A stretch of 63,049 bases of DNA, counting the filler, from Intoshia linei (lineage: Eukaryota > Animalia > Orthonectida), in NCBI GenBank assembly GCA_001642005.1. It is 6 parts of 6 records of this genome, joined end to end, with 100 filler letters (N's around TTAATTAATTAA, not from the genome) between each part and the next. Parts side by side here need not be neighbours in the genome. Positions count along the whole stretch, not along the records: positions 36,178 to 48,031 come from LWCA01001140.1; positions 48,132 to 53,458 come from LWCA01001796.1; positions 53,559 to 61,302 come from LWCA01001525.1; 3 more parts are not named here. One strand, given 5' to 3'. Shown one piece after another: positions 41,801 through 55,750 of this stretch. The notes under the pieces were generated by a model. It was not told the origin of the DNA. It saw only the letters and a program-made list of their open reading frames with translations, and did not search any database. The position numbers and the translations under genes are program-made. Numbering within the stretch: position 1 is the first letter of the stretch; the number at the start of each line of letters is the position of its first letter.

Positions 41801-44800
41801 AAATATTATTACAACACGATAAATCTTCACATATAACTTCGATTGATGAGAGTTTTTTCTTTTTTGAGTTTCTGAATGATTTAAAATACGACATTTTATC
41901 TTGGATTAATTTAAAATGAGAAATCAAGTTATCTGATCTTTCTTGAAACTGTCTCGCAAAAGTTTTTGCCGTTTCAATTTTTTTTGATTTAAGATCCATG
42001 CATAACTTAATTTTTGACCATAACTGTATCAATTTACGCCAACTATCGACAATGCCCTGTTCGTGATCATTAGTGCTAAAATAATTTTCTAGCTTAAAAA
42101 CAGTTTGCTTGTGTATATCCAATTCGTTCAAATGAAGATTATGAATGCGATCTATATTATTGACAGTTTCAACATCTCCCCCTACTTTAAACTGTAATTG
42201 GTGGTTTAAGAAATCCACGCCCTGGTTAGATTCGATGTCTTCAATACTAGTTAGATTACGCTGATTAGAATAAAGCCATTTGTAAATACTTGCGATTGCT
42301 GCAGCGTACTGTCCAGAGTTAATTAGTGATGTACAGATAACGTGTTGGCTATTCATTATTTTAGAACGGAGAATACACCATTGTCCCTTCAAATTGGATA
42401 TCATATCATTTAGTATTCCTCTTTCGTGGTCTTTGACCGTACATCTATCCCTAAGAGACCTGCCTATTCTTAAAGTCACGTGTAGTTTAGGTCTATTAAG
42501 ATAGATTGAATTTTCATATTCTTTTGATTTTTCAATATAATTGTCCTTCTCCAACTGTCTTTGAGTGTCTATATTGTTAGACAAGGTTTGTATGAATTCA
42601 AACATTTCTTTGCATCCATTTTCGAATCGAACATCTTCCTTGTACCCCAAATTCAATAATACGGTTCTTTCGTGTGCTCGACTATAAACTCTACGCCATG
42701 ACATTTTGACTTTAAGCAATTTTTTTTTAATAGAAAATGAACCATAACTTCCACCATTGTACTTTAGATATCCTCCTTTTTTCTCCAATTCACAAACTTT
42801 TGAGTAATGCTCATCCAGAGTATCAATAACTAGTTTATGCGATTCAATCTGCTTCAATACTGTCTTCACAATTTTTGATACATGGTAAGAAAGCGAAATA
42901 TTTTGAAATAAATCTTTCATAAACAATTCATGTTCATCAAATTTGTCGTCGAAATAAGCAATTAAATGCAAGTGTTTTTCAAATTCTACTTGTTTTGAAT
43001 TTGTTCTGTCCTTTAAATCAATCATAATGTTTTTTAATGAATCTAAATCGCGATACAAGTGTTGGGAATCCCCATCATTGCAATGATTGCAAATATCTTC
43101 GCCATCATTAAGAATATTTTGTATCTTTTCACATTTATCATTGAATATAGAGACAAAAGATTGAAATGTCCCATAAACCATTTTGGCGTGATTAATTTCA
43201 CATCCCAAGTCGGCATAACTAGACAAATCTTTTCTATATTGAATCATCCAATTATAAAGCAAATGTACATCCAATTCAAATTGCTTTATTTCACTCAACA
43301 AATCAATCACGTATATAATTTTATTGTTAAGCATCAATTTTACGTTGGTAAGAAACTCACACAGTGAGTTAAATTTTTTATCCAATCGATTTCTAGGAGA
43401 AGATCGATCAATATTCATTTTATCAATTTTTGAAACAACTTTCTGCATGTTATTGATAACTTTTTCTTGCAAATTCAACTCATTTCTAAACTCCTTGAGT
43501 CGTTGGTAATATACAGCGTAAATTTCGTTTCCATTTTGATTAAAGTCTGCCAACAGGATGCTACTTTCCAATTCTTCGATATACGAATATGTATGATCAA
43601 AATGATCGTCAAGTTCCACCAATTGACCATAAATTTTGTCCAAATTTTCTTGCACGTCGGTAATCCCTCGCGTCATTTTATTCCATTTATTATTCAAAAG
43701 CTTAGTTTTTTCAGTTAAAAGATCAGCCGTTGTCGGTGATAAAAAAATGAAACCTCTATAAGATTCATTCATCATGTGAATATTGGAAAAGTGTTCTTGG
43801 ACCGTTAATTTAAACATTTTCAATTCGTCCATATGAATTCCCAACGTTCTAATTTGAGTTGGAAATTTTTTCAATGACTCTAGTTTCTTTTCCGCCAACA
43901 AGAAAAACTTTTCAATTTCTTCCACAGATTTTTCATACTTTGTTACTAATTCTAAAGCAATCATTAAGCCCTTTTTACGTTCTTCAATTTTATCGTTCAA
44001 AATTTCTTTATTTTCGTCAATTTGTTTTAATCGGTATTCAATCTTTATCATGGAAGTTTCAGTGAAATATGAATAACATTTTGATGCAACTCGACGGCAA
44101 TCCGCAATCATTAAATTAGCTTTTTCGTATCTGTTTTCCATGTTTTTCATTTCGCAAGTTTGTTGGACAATTTTAGCAGATTCGACGCTTATTGGTTCCA
44201 TTGCATCCATTTTATCGTTCAATTTTTTTAATAACTTAGTTGTTTCGTCATTCACATCGAAATACTTTTGAGCGTAGTTGAAAATCATCCTTAGAGTCTT
44301 GAGGCGTTCTTTAAAGTCGTGTTCCAATTTTAATCTATAATTTTCAACCACGTTTAACTTGTCATTTAAAGATTTGTCATGATAATTTTTTAGTTTTTTA
44401 TTCAAATTGTACATTTGTTTGCTGTATTTTTTTATGTATTCTCCCTTTAATTTCAAGTCATTTGCTTTGCATTCAGTGTTTTCAATTTCGTTCGATATTT
44501 TAATTAAATTTACGGGTAAACTTTCCACGTGTTTTATTTCAAAGTTTAATTTTTCCAATTCATTCAAAATTTTGTCAACTAAAATTTCAATGTTTGAAGG
44601 GTTACTGTAAAGTAAATTTGATATTTTTTGCTTTAAATTGGTCGCATTTAAATCTACAGTGTTAAATTTATTCGATAAATCTTTTACTCTGTGAGTTGCA
44701 TTTAAAATTACGGAATGTTCATTATTATTATCAAAGTACTCTTTCATTTTTTCCATTCCATCAGTCAATTGGTTAGTCATGACTTTGTTATCATTAATTT

Positions 44801-46888
44801 CATTTTGAATGCTCTCTACATTGTCCAATTGTTTTAATAAGAAATGTACATTTGTTGCCGTTTCATTTTTTTCAAAAGATGTGTCAATTTTATCACGATC
44901 CGATTCAGAATCAATGTTTGATTTATTCAAACTTATGTTGGTTAAATTGGAATTTAAACATTTCATTTGATCCAGACTACGTATGGATCCATTTTCGTCA
45001 TATTCCATTTCATTAAACATGTTATCAATATCGTTCGCCGAAGAATTCATTTTATCCATTTTTATTTTAATGGTTTCCAAATTATCCAAAGATTTAAAGG
45101 TACCAATCAGGTCATCAGTGCTAGATATATTTTCATCCAATTCGGGTAAAAAGTAGGTACTTATCTTTTCATTTTCGTCGACATCTACAATTTCGTGATT
45201 ATCACAATATGATTCAAATTTATTAAAATTTATTTTTAATTTTTTACTAGTGGTATCTACAAATTTATCGAGAAGGTTGAAATTTTCATAGAAATAGATA
45301 AAATGAGGTGACACTTTGCTTAAATCTTCAATTTTATCATCCAACGTTTTAATAAAACCATTAGCTGTAATGTCCAAATTTTGCACAGTCTTTGAAAAGT
45401 CTATAAATTTTCCAGAGTTTTCATCAAAATTTAAAGAATGCCACATTGATTTCACATGATCGCAATCTTGTTGAAAGTGTTTTACTGCTGACAAAATTTC
45501 TTTCTTGACAGTTAATAATTTATTACATTCGTTATTCAATGAGTTTTTAACATTTAAATCGTTGACATCTTTTATTGTGTCAATTTGACCAATTAGATTA
45601 ATTTCTTTACACTCTATATCAGTTTGGTTGAAATTTTTCACCTTCTCGCAAACATTTTCTAGGTTAACTCTCATTTTTCCATCCTGGGAAATGGTATTTA
45701 GATATGAATTCATGGCGTCGACTTTATCGTTTATTTTTGTTAAAATTAAATCTTTCCATTTTTGCTTCAATTTGTCCCATTTTGATAATGTACTATGAAA
45801 CATTTCAGACAATACCACTTTATCTTCAATGTATTTTGAATCTATCAATTCAGTGTAGTAGTTTTTCAACAGATCAATATCATCAGATATAAGTATACGT
45901 CTTTCAATTATACCTAGACATAATGCAGACGTTGAAATTTCATTAAAATTTGAATTAAATTCATCATTTTTGGCTTGCATTTTTTGTAAAAGGGAAAATT
46001 CAACACTAATGTGTTTAGCAATGTCCAGGGTAATCAATTCAATATTATTTTTTATGTTTATTGCCTTATTTGACTTGTTCAAGCAAGAAAGTAATTTGCT
46101 TTCGATAACCTTCACGTCCGATAATGTTATTTCATTTTCATCAGCCGATTTGTTATTCAACTTTTGGCAAACTTCATAACAATCGTTAATATGCAAATTA
46201 ATTATTCTCAATTGGTATTTAAAAGTTTCTTCGTCGAAAGATGCAGTTTTCAAGTAGTTTATTACGTCTTCTTTTTGCTTTAACCATACGTTTTTGTTTT
46301 TATAACTACAAAGTATTTCATACCAGTTTTTGTGCGGATAAACAATGCTTCGATCCAGCAAATTTTCAATACCCGACACTTCTAAATTCCCAAAATTGTC
46401 ATAATCTTTTATTAGCCAAGTATGTTCGTTGGTACTACAAAATGATACGACTGGTCCAGTTATTAACACGTCTGTTGTTTTTTTAAAATTAAATGTTGTG
46501 TTTTTATCAACAGACTGGTAGGTTTCATAATTAAATGAATTTTTACTTTTAAATTTAAATTTTTGTTTGTTATATGTGTTTAAATTTTGCAGTAGACAAT
46601 CCGTTTGGTTTAATTTACGTTCAGGTAAACTTTCATGATTAGATAACGAAAATAATTTATCATATCTAAAGACGTGGTTTTCTTTGATGCTTATTTTTAT
46701 TTTTTCCATTTTATCTCGGTTTATCGATTCGGCATAATCGGCAATTATTAAATTATTTCTCATTGCTTCAGAGAATGAATACCATTTTCTACCGCGCCAT
46801 AAATATTTACCATTTTGGCAATCCAGTATACCCTGTTGTAATGCCATTCCCATTGATATTACCCTGTTGTCAATTGAATCATAAACAC
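38853..46888 (-). CDS. Spectraplakin (MACF1/dystonin/Shot/VAB-10-like), 3' portion
   Basis: Giant exon 46888-40965 with a plectin-like repeat, a spectrin-repeat rod and EF-hands (FDQDEKGSLSRSEF); GAS2/GAR exons 40913-40779 and 40742-40624 (IRVGGGF..YLKKHDPCR); Ser/basic tail to 38853. Confidence 0.9.
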
Positions 46889-48131
46889 CTAAAAAATAAT
46901 TCAATGTATGTATTTATTTTTTTGATCATCTTGTCAACTGATACCTAAAATACTGACAATTTAATATTTTTACTGAAAAACCATTTAAAATACTGACACT
47001 CTACGGATTAAAAACTGACGCTATAAATACAAGCCTTTGAAAAAAATCCATTGATAATATACATGTATTAACAATTATTTTTCACCGAGAAAGCATTGAC
47101 TTCTTGCTTGAAATTTTTTAAGTACTTGTAGATCTACTAGAATAAGTTGTATCAGATTTTTAATTGTAGGACCATTACTTTGATTTTTTTTAATAAAATA
47201 GTCATCAAATAAAATAATATGAATACTAAAGTGCTTTTTTGATAGTAAAGGCGTCACTTTGTTAGAATGAAATTTTTTGTGTGGATTAATTGGATATAAC
47301 TGTATCAGCTGTATTTTTTTTAAATTCTAAGACTATTTTCATTTTTTAAAAAAAATAGTAATCTGTGGTTTTGATCGTGAAAATTCACTTTTTTGAGTTA
47401 TTATTTATAATAATGCTTATGATTTCCCAAACAAAATATCCCAGAATTTATTCTTACTTATATAATATGCTTTGTTAGTCTGTGTGTCTGTGTTATCGTT
47501 TATTTCAATAACTACCAGTCTTAAAAATTTATAAAGTCCACATTTCAATTAGATTTTTTTCCGGGTGTTAGCAAATAACTTTTAACCTCCCAAACTTACA
47601 TTTTACGGGTCACAAACTCCAATTGTCCTTTTTTTTGAAAATCAAACAAGTTCAAAAATTCAAAAAAATATACACTCTAATACGGATTTTAAAATCATAA
47701 ATATTACATACATTTAAATTTATAAAAATATATCTTCATGGCCAAAACCACAAATTACCTTTTTTTAAATAAAAACAGTCCTAGAATTAAAACTATACAG
47801 GTTGTACAGTTGTATCCTGTTAACACACACAAAAAATTCAATCTGAATACGTGAGGCCTTCACGGTTAAAAAAGCATTTTAGTATTCATATATTTTTTTC
47901 CAAAATATAAATGTAAAACAAAAAATGTGAAATAATTAACTTTCCAAAAATTAAGAAAAAACATTATTCTGATAAAGCTTATTCCAGTTGATATAAATAC
48001 AAAATTTCAACCCCACAAATCTACGCATTCCNNNNNNNNNNNNNNNNNNNNNNNNNNNNNNNNNNNNNNNNNNNNTTAATTAATTAANNNNNNNNNNNNN
48101 NNNNNNNNNNNNNNNNNNNNNNNNNNNNNNN

Positions 48132-48700
48132 AATATATTTTCTTCAGTTGACATATCATAATTAAATGATGGACTACCATAAGATTTACATTGACGGGAT
48201 ATACGACAATTTTTCTTTTTAATATAATAGTTTTTTCACTTTTACTGGTACCCAATATTTCTTTTTTATGTGGATGATCATTTTGTTCCCTGGCCATATA
48301 TCCTGTTCCGATTTTTTGCTTTTCGAGAAAATCTATATCTTCACTAAGTTTCTTGCTTTGGTCGAATTTGGCAATCTCAAATAAAGCATTTAAGTCATGT
48401 TTAAAATTGTTTGATACATGAAAATTAGGATTTCTTAATGCATTTTTGTAATTTTGAAATAAATATTTTAATTTAACATAAATACGTTCAATGCCTATTA
48501 TATTCAATCCAGTTTTACAATATATATCGAAAATTTCTCTTGCAATACCACGAAATGGCAATATTATGTTTTAATTCTTTTTTGACAATATTCTGCAAAG
48601 AACATTTTTATTAGTAGGTTTTTATTATTAGTACCTTCTGTTCATTAAAAATGAAACCGACATATGGACCAACAAAAATATCTCCTATTCTTGTGGTCAT
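48132..48700 (-). pseudogene. Degraded hATm-like transposase N-terminus
   Basis: IYCKTG..KLKYL..ALFEIA..EDIDFLEKQK.GTGYM pattern; upstream stops. Confidence 0.5.
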
Positions 48701-49077
48701 TTTTGGTATTTTAAAAGATTGCAATAAAATTGAATTGAAATTGATAATGATATAAAAATTGTTTATATAATTTGATGTTAAATGTTGATATAAAACCACG
48801 TTTTCTTGTTCATTCTTGGAGAAGTTCACTTTACACAGGGTTCACATTATAGAGGTTTGGCTTTATATGATATACTATATCACAAATTATTTCCATATGT
48901 AAATTTTCAAACATAATACAAACATATTTTGGTGTGAAATTTTTTTTTACTATACAAAATCAAATGTATAACTACACACTTAAAATAACCCCTGACATCG
49001 ATTCTATTTAATATTTTCCAAAAAAATAATGTTAAAGTGTACATTATGTAATTACATGTTCAATTAAAAATATTTAG

Positions 49078-52000
49078 CTCTAAACCGCGAAATAAAAATT
49101 TGTTCAACATTAAAGCATTGCAATATATTGCAATTGCACGAAACATTTCTGGAAGAAAAAGAAAAACTATATCTAATTTACGAAAAGTAGGAAAATTTAT
49201 GAATCTATAATTAAAAAATTAAATATAGAATAACGGGGAATGATTTATTTTTTGAAATAGAACATAAATGTAGTGAAAATTACGTGTTCAGTGAATCTGT
49301 CATATGGTAATTTAAAATAAAATATATAGTGTATACCAGAGTTTCTCAAATTCCGGCCACGGTCTAGTACTGGTTCGTGAAATAATTGTGAAAATTTTTT
49401 TACTAATTAAGAGTCAATTTATTACGTTTTTTATCAAATTTTGTTTAACATTGCCTAGTAATTTCACTTTAATGGTCCGCAATAAAATTTTATAATCTAT
49501 TGCCGTTACGCCGTAAAAAAAGTGTGGGAAGTTCTCACTGGGAACCCTTGGTGTATACACTTTTTATATATTATCCATCCATTAATATACATTAGTAATT
49601 TATAAAAATATACATGTCTCATTTATCGATTTAGTCATTATATGAAACAATTATTTGATGCAATAGAATACATTCACGATAGAAATATAATTCATGGTGA
49701 TATTCGACCGCATGCTATAGCTTTAGCCTCAAAGAATGATGATTCTATATTGAAAATTACGTCCTTTAGTTGCGCAATGTATGAAAATAAAGAATATGGT
49801 AATTTATTATATTTATTCATATCACAATACTACAATTGATCAATACTGCAATGACTATAATCATAGGTCAATATTAATTTTTTCAATCTTGTAAAATGTA
49901 CATTTTAGAGTGTATCAAAGAAATTTCTCAACTAGTTACACAAGAATGGGTTTATGTAGAGGAAAGCCGTAATGGTTAGGATATTTAACAAATTTTCTTA
50001 ACATTAAAAATTAATACAAGATAATTAGTAGGAATCATTTTACTTAATTTAGGATTAATTGGAATGGCAGATTATAGTCCAGTAATTGAAAATGAAAAAA
50101 TTTCAAAATCGTTGGACATGTGGTTATCAGGAGTGTTTTTGTATTTAATGTTGTGTGGAAAATTACCTTTTTTGGTTAAAAATTCTTTTACTCAATATTT
50201 AAACCTTTTTCTCGTGGAATCTGACAACGTTGATATCAAGGTAATATTGAGTAAATTTATATATTTGAATTGTGTAAATAATATATATGCATCGGTAAAG
50301 TCGGACGTGGAGAGTCGAAAGTACGCCTGGGTTATGAGAATTATCACTTATCATTATACATTTTTGTGTCTGTTCCGAAAATATATTTGTCATTGTATAC
50401 GACATATACATATCAAACAATGTATTATCATCAAACCTTAAAAATAAAATAAATATCCATATAATGAATGGAAAATAAAAATACTCCACTGTTGACCTTA
50501 CGGTTGGGTCATATGATCTGTTTGCACTGTCCACGGCGCTCATATTAAAATAATATAATAATAAATAATAATAACATATTAAAATTAAACATACCCTTTT
50601 TATAAAATGTAAATTATGATGAATAATTACGATTGAAATTGAGTGAAAATGTTACCTGTTTCCAAAAATATTAAATATTGCGCCAATTTTTTGTATTGTT
50701 TATTTTTTATCAACTTATTTAACTTTTAAGCATTCACAGAACGAATAAATTGTATCTATTCATTAATATTAACTGATGGCAGTCATGTATTAATATTGAG
50801 AATGCAGATATTTTTATATTATAAATGCATCTAGTTATCTCCTTAACATTATCATTTTATATTATAAGCGCAATTTCATAAAATATTATAACCAGGTAAT
50901 ATTCATGTTTATATTTTAAAAATTATATCCACCAAATTTTATTTTATTTTATATTATATGTGTATTATTATTTATAAAAAATTTTGTTCAAGGCTTTGAC
51001 TGGGACAAGGTAATTTTAATTATTTTTTTTCAAGTTTACAAAATTGAAAATCCTCAAAATTTTAAATGTATGTTTTATGATATGAAAATTTGTAAAGGTG
51101 AGATGAGGTTTTACAGAAAATTTTTTTAATTAACAATAATGATAATTATTCGAGGTTTACATCAAACTATTAAATTTTTACTATTTAGATGGATGGAAAA
51201 GAATGGCAGCCTATTAGTAAACCTGCTAAAGATTTGTGTCGAAGACTCATGCATCCTATTTCAAACAATTCATTTTCTATCGAACAGGCTATTAACCATC
51301 CCTGGTTAAATGTAATAAATACTTTGCTGTAATATATCAAAATTTGTAACCTTCCTATATCAGATTTCCGCAAAAATTTTAAAAGATATATCCCATTTAA
51401 CAGCATGAAGATTTGTATGGCCCTTAATGGTATAAAAATTGTGTTAATTTTCTTATGAAAATTACACGCATTTGAATATAAAAGTTATCCAGTTTTTTTC
51501 TGTGTAATACTTCAGATAAATACATACAGTATGGTTATGTATCAGGATGAATGAAATTCTTATATTGAATTACGATAGTATTATAAAATTAGTTAGATCC
51601 TTAAGTTTGATGGCTTTTCAAGTTTCAGAACTAATGAATATTTTACTAACAATTGTAAATAAAACAATTATATTGTATGTAAAATAATTTATTTGGTAAT
51701 TAATACTTAATAAATCCGTGAAATTTGTACGTTCATTAAAAAATAAAAAAATTATTTTTGCGTTTAATTTTTTATCAGATTGAATAAAATAAATAGTAAA
51801 TTCCTAAAGTAACAGTGAAAGCATCACTTTTGGAGATTGAAATTTTGTCTAAGAAAAGCTGTACTAGACATTATTTTTTTAAATTTGGAGACTTACATGT
51901 AGTTTAAATTTTTCATTTTTTGAAATAATGATAATTTAGGTTTTGACCATAAAAGTGTATATTTTAGGTAATTATATTTATGAGACTGCACTAGCCTTGA

Positions 52001-52391
52001 AAAATTGTATTCAAATTTGTGTTTTCAAAATTCAGGCAATCTTTTCTTTTTTTCATTTTTTAGACAATCAAAATAATAAAGAATAAGTAATTTCTAGTTT
52101 TAACCGTGAAGATGCAAATTGCTGAGAGTAAAATTTATTTTAATTGGTGAATCCAAAATATATATTATTTTGTTCTCACTAAAATGATTCACATTCATAT
52201 TAACTCGCTGGCTACTTTTGCATTAATTAAAAAGGTATTTGTGGAACTCAGGTTAATAAACGTACAAATATATACTTGAAAAATGTAATATTTTCAAACA
52301 TAAAATTCACATTTAGAACAAAAATTTAAATTGTAATTTGAAAGAATCTGTTTACAATATTAGAGAATTTAATAAAATTAGAAGGCTAAAG
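49078..52391 (+). CDS. CASK: CASK/LIN-2-like CaMK pseudokinase domain (partial)
   Basis: Exons give LNREIKICSTLKH, GNDLFFEI..VFSESVICHYMKQL, IIHGDIRPHAIALASKND, DMW.SGV.LY.MLCGKLPF, ISKPAKDL..HPWL and IREFNKIRRLK, collinear with CASK. Confidence 0.82.
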
Positions 52392-54487
52392 GTTATTTAT
52401 TATTTTTAATTCATGCCTATCATGTAAGACGGTAGGAGAAGTGTAGAATATATGGAAAATATATAGAACAATATATTATACTAGGTTGACTATTATGTAC
52501 TACGTACAAACAGCTTCTAGTTCTGCCGCGGGCACATTTTTATTCTAACAAAAAAATAAATTCACATTGAAAATCTAACTTAAAAATCCTACTATTCACT
52601 ATTATCAATCCTTTAAAGGAAAAAATAAATTCACGTTGAAAATCTAATTTAAAAATCCTACTATTCACTATTATCAATCCTTTAAAGGAGTGGTTCCCAA
52701 ACTTGTTTCAGGTAGAACCGTCATATCACATTACTTTTTACTTTAAAGTGAATTATTCCATATTATTATGTTTTGATAACATTTGCGTAAACAATTTTAA
52801 AAACAATTGTTATCCCAATTTTTTAATTTATTAAACAGACAATATAGCAATAAAGCACAATATAAATAAGCACAATATAGCACAAAATAAAAATAAAGCA
52901 AAAACAATTAAATCCTAAAATCCTAAAATCCTAAAAATTGTCATGAATAGCTTAAATTCTAGAAAAATAAAATTATAAAAACCTATTTTGTCATTTTCAA
53001 TATATATTCAGTACCAATTTAATAAATACTTAAAAATACCAATTATGTATCAATAATTCACGGAATCAGCACTTTATAAACATATTTCAAGTGAATTTTA
53101 CCAATATTGGAAAGGATGGTAATAAATATAAAAATGATAATAACAAAGTTGTATTACTTTTAATAATTCGTTGTTGTAGTTATAATTTAAATTTTAAACA
53201 GAATGTTTTGAAAATTAGAATTGAGATTGAAAAATTGTGTAGCAATGAAAAAAATTCAGTAGGAATGAATTATATAGATTTTCACCCATATTTCTTTATT
53301 GGAAATGTGCAGACATTCAATGCAATTTTTTTTTGAAGTTGTAGGATCAATATTTAATATTATCAATTTGTATTTGAGGTCAAATGTATCTTAATTGCAC
53401 CCGAAAAAAACTGTAATAGAAATGTGGACTTTATAAAATTCTAAGACTGGTAGTTATTNNNNNNNNNNNNNNNNNNNNNNNNNNNNNNNNNNNNNNNNNN
53501 NNTTAATTAATTAANNNNNNNNNNNNNNNNNNNNNNNNNNNNNNNNNNNNNNNNNNNNCCCTCGGCAGAGCTAGGTGCTGTTTGTACGTAGTACAAAACA
53601 GCCAAGCTAGTTTTATTATAAAATAAATTATATTTTCTATGTACAAGTGGTTTTATATTATTTTTGTACTTTATTTATAGACATATTATAGTTTTGTTCA
53701 AACAATTTTTAAAGTACAAATATAAAAACATGTATACCCAAAAAACAATTTTACATGGATAGAGTGGAGCGTTGATGAATTTTTTGGGTTGTAAGGAGAT
53801 ATTTTTATAGAAAGTTTGGATCCACTGATATAAAAAGTGACAGTAAAAAATATATATACGACGTAGTCGAAAATTTTTTTAGGGGGCGTTGAGAAAATAT
53901 ATTGCTAAAAATGGGTTTGGGAACCCCTGATCTAGATTATAAACAACGAAATGAAACATTTATAATTATATTATAGGTGATATAAATAAAGATATTGGTG
54001 GAAATCCTAATGGTAATCGATTTTTACAACTAAGTGAAGATAGTAGCGACTTTAATTCTAATTAACATCTCAATATTATCGTTTGTGTATATTGTAAATA
54101 ATAAAAAATATAAATGTTCATATTTATTGAATGATTGAAATAAAAGGCCAATATATTTCAATACATGTCCTTGAAAAGTGGCACATTTTAATTTAAAAAC
54201 AATTGAAGGGTATTAAGTTGCTATGAATGTTGAAACATTTTTTCATTTTTAGAATTAAACTAGATTTTAATTCTTTATAAACAATCGCCCTTCCAAAATT
54301 GCTGAGTACTTTTTTATAATCAATTGCAAAATTTTCTATATAACCGATGATACGCTGATTTTGGTGGCTTCGAGGAGAGTAGGAAAAATATGAAGTAGCG
54401 GTTAATATAAATCGTTACTTTTAGTGATAATCGTCCAGATTTACAGTATCCATAATTGTAGTGTTAAGAAATTTTTTAATATGCCTA

Positions 54488-54819
54488 CTGTCTTTTCTCG
54501 ATTATAAGAAATGTTCTTACATTCGAGAGTAGAAAGAAAAATGCTTATAATCAAAAACAAATAGACTTTTAAGCAGACCTTGAAAAATATAAAAAATACA
54601 CTAAAAATTTTTTTCTAATTAGTATAAACTTATAAATTAGACATTCTATTGTATGAAGGAAGTTATTTTTTAGAAATAAATTGATATGTTGTCTATTTTT
54701 TGTTTAAAGTTTTTTCTTTCGAATACAAGCAGAAACTGCTTATATTCAAATTTTATTTAGTTAAAAATTTCACTGAAAATTTGTATTTCAGTGATCTGCT
54801 TATAATTGAGAAAAGACAG
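54488..54819. mobile_element. Tc1/mariner-type MITE
   Basis: TA|CTGTCTTTTCTCGATTATAAG ... CTTATAATTGAGAAAAGACAG|TA. Confidence 0.75.
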
Positions 54820-54993
54820 TAGGGTTTCACATTGTTTTTTCAGAAAATTACCACAAATTTATAAAAAAATGTGAAATCATTTTTTTATATTTTATATTGA
54901 TTGGGGTAACTGACATTAATTAAAATTGACTTGAAATAAATATATAAAATATTTTAATAGGCTTATAATATTCACAAAAATACATAAATAACT

Positions 54994-55469
54994 TTACTCT
55001 AATCGTGAAGTTGAATTTAATTGTCTTCCTAATTTTGATAGTTTTTCTTGGTATTCTATAGGTATTTCTCCATAAACTGTAATGGCGTAGATTCCTGGTA
55101 TGCAATTAACTAAAATATGCATTAAAACTAATTAAATGTGGAGATATTACCTAATCCTTGCCATTTTGCTACCCAACTTTTCTTTGGTTGGGTCAAGAAA
55201 ATCATGCTAAAATGATAATTACTTCAAATTTATAAAGAATAACATTACCCACTAAAATTATTGGACGTAAACTCTCTGACTTTATCAACATTGCTTTGAA
55301 ATTCGACAATTCTTTCACAATTATCACATCCTTCTTCTACAAACATACTTTCAGACTATGTATATGAAATTAATCACATTTTCATTTAATTATTGAAAAT
55401 TACCTTAATAAGAGAACATAGAAGACAAGCTCGGAGATTTTTTACATTTTCGCTAATAAAATTGTACAT
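54994..55469 (-). CDS. SUPT4H1: Transcription elongation factor SPT4 (4 exons; absent from the ORF track)
   Basis: LRACLLCSLIK | GCDNC..TSNNFSG | P.KSWVAKWQ | PGIYAITVYG, joined by short GT-AG introns. Confidence 0.93.
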
Positions 55470-55750
55470 TCTAATAATCTTAAATTTTATTTATTTCAAC
55501 TGGTAAATTATAATAAACATAATTTCATTTCAATGTTATCATTGTCAATGTTATAATAATTTTTCTAAATTAGGATTTAAATTAAATTTTAATTTATGTT
55601 GTATTTGCCATATCTAATCTTATTTTTCTAACATTGTATAAATTATCTAAAATACACACAATATTTTTACAATTGTAATAAATAATATTTTTTATATTAC
55701 TATAAAAAATAAACACTTAAATAAATTTAAATTTATTTTATTAATTCGTA

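Noticed and set aside
40995-46948. Many short plus-strand ORFs
   Set aside because: Antisense shadows of the spectraplakin exon; similar shadow ORFs occur over the CaM-like, LMTK-like and RTK genes.
50199-50543. 114-aa minus-strand ORF
   Set aside because: Lies over a CASK intron containing a degenerate inverted-repeat element (~50290-50506); no motifs.
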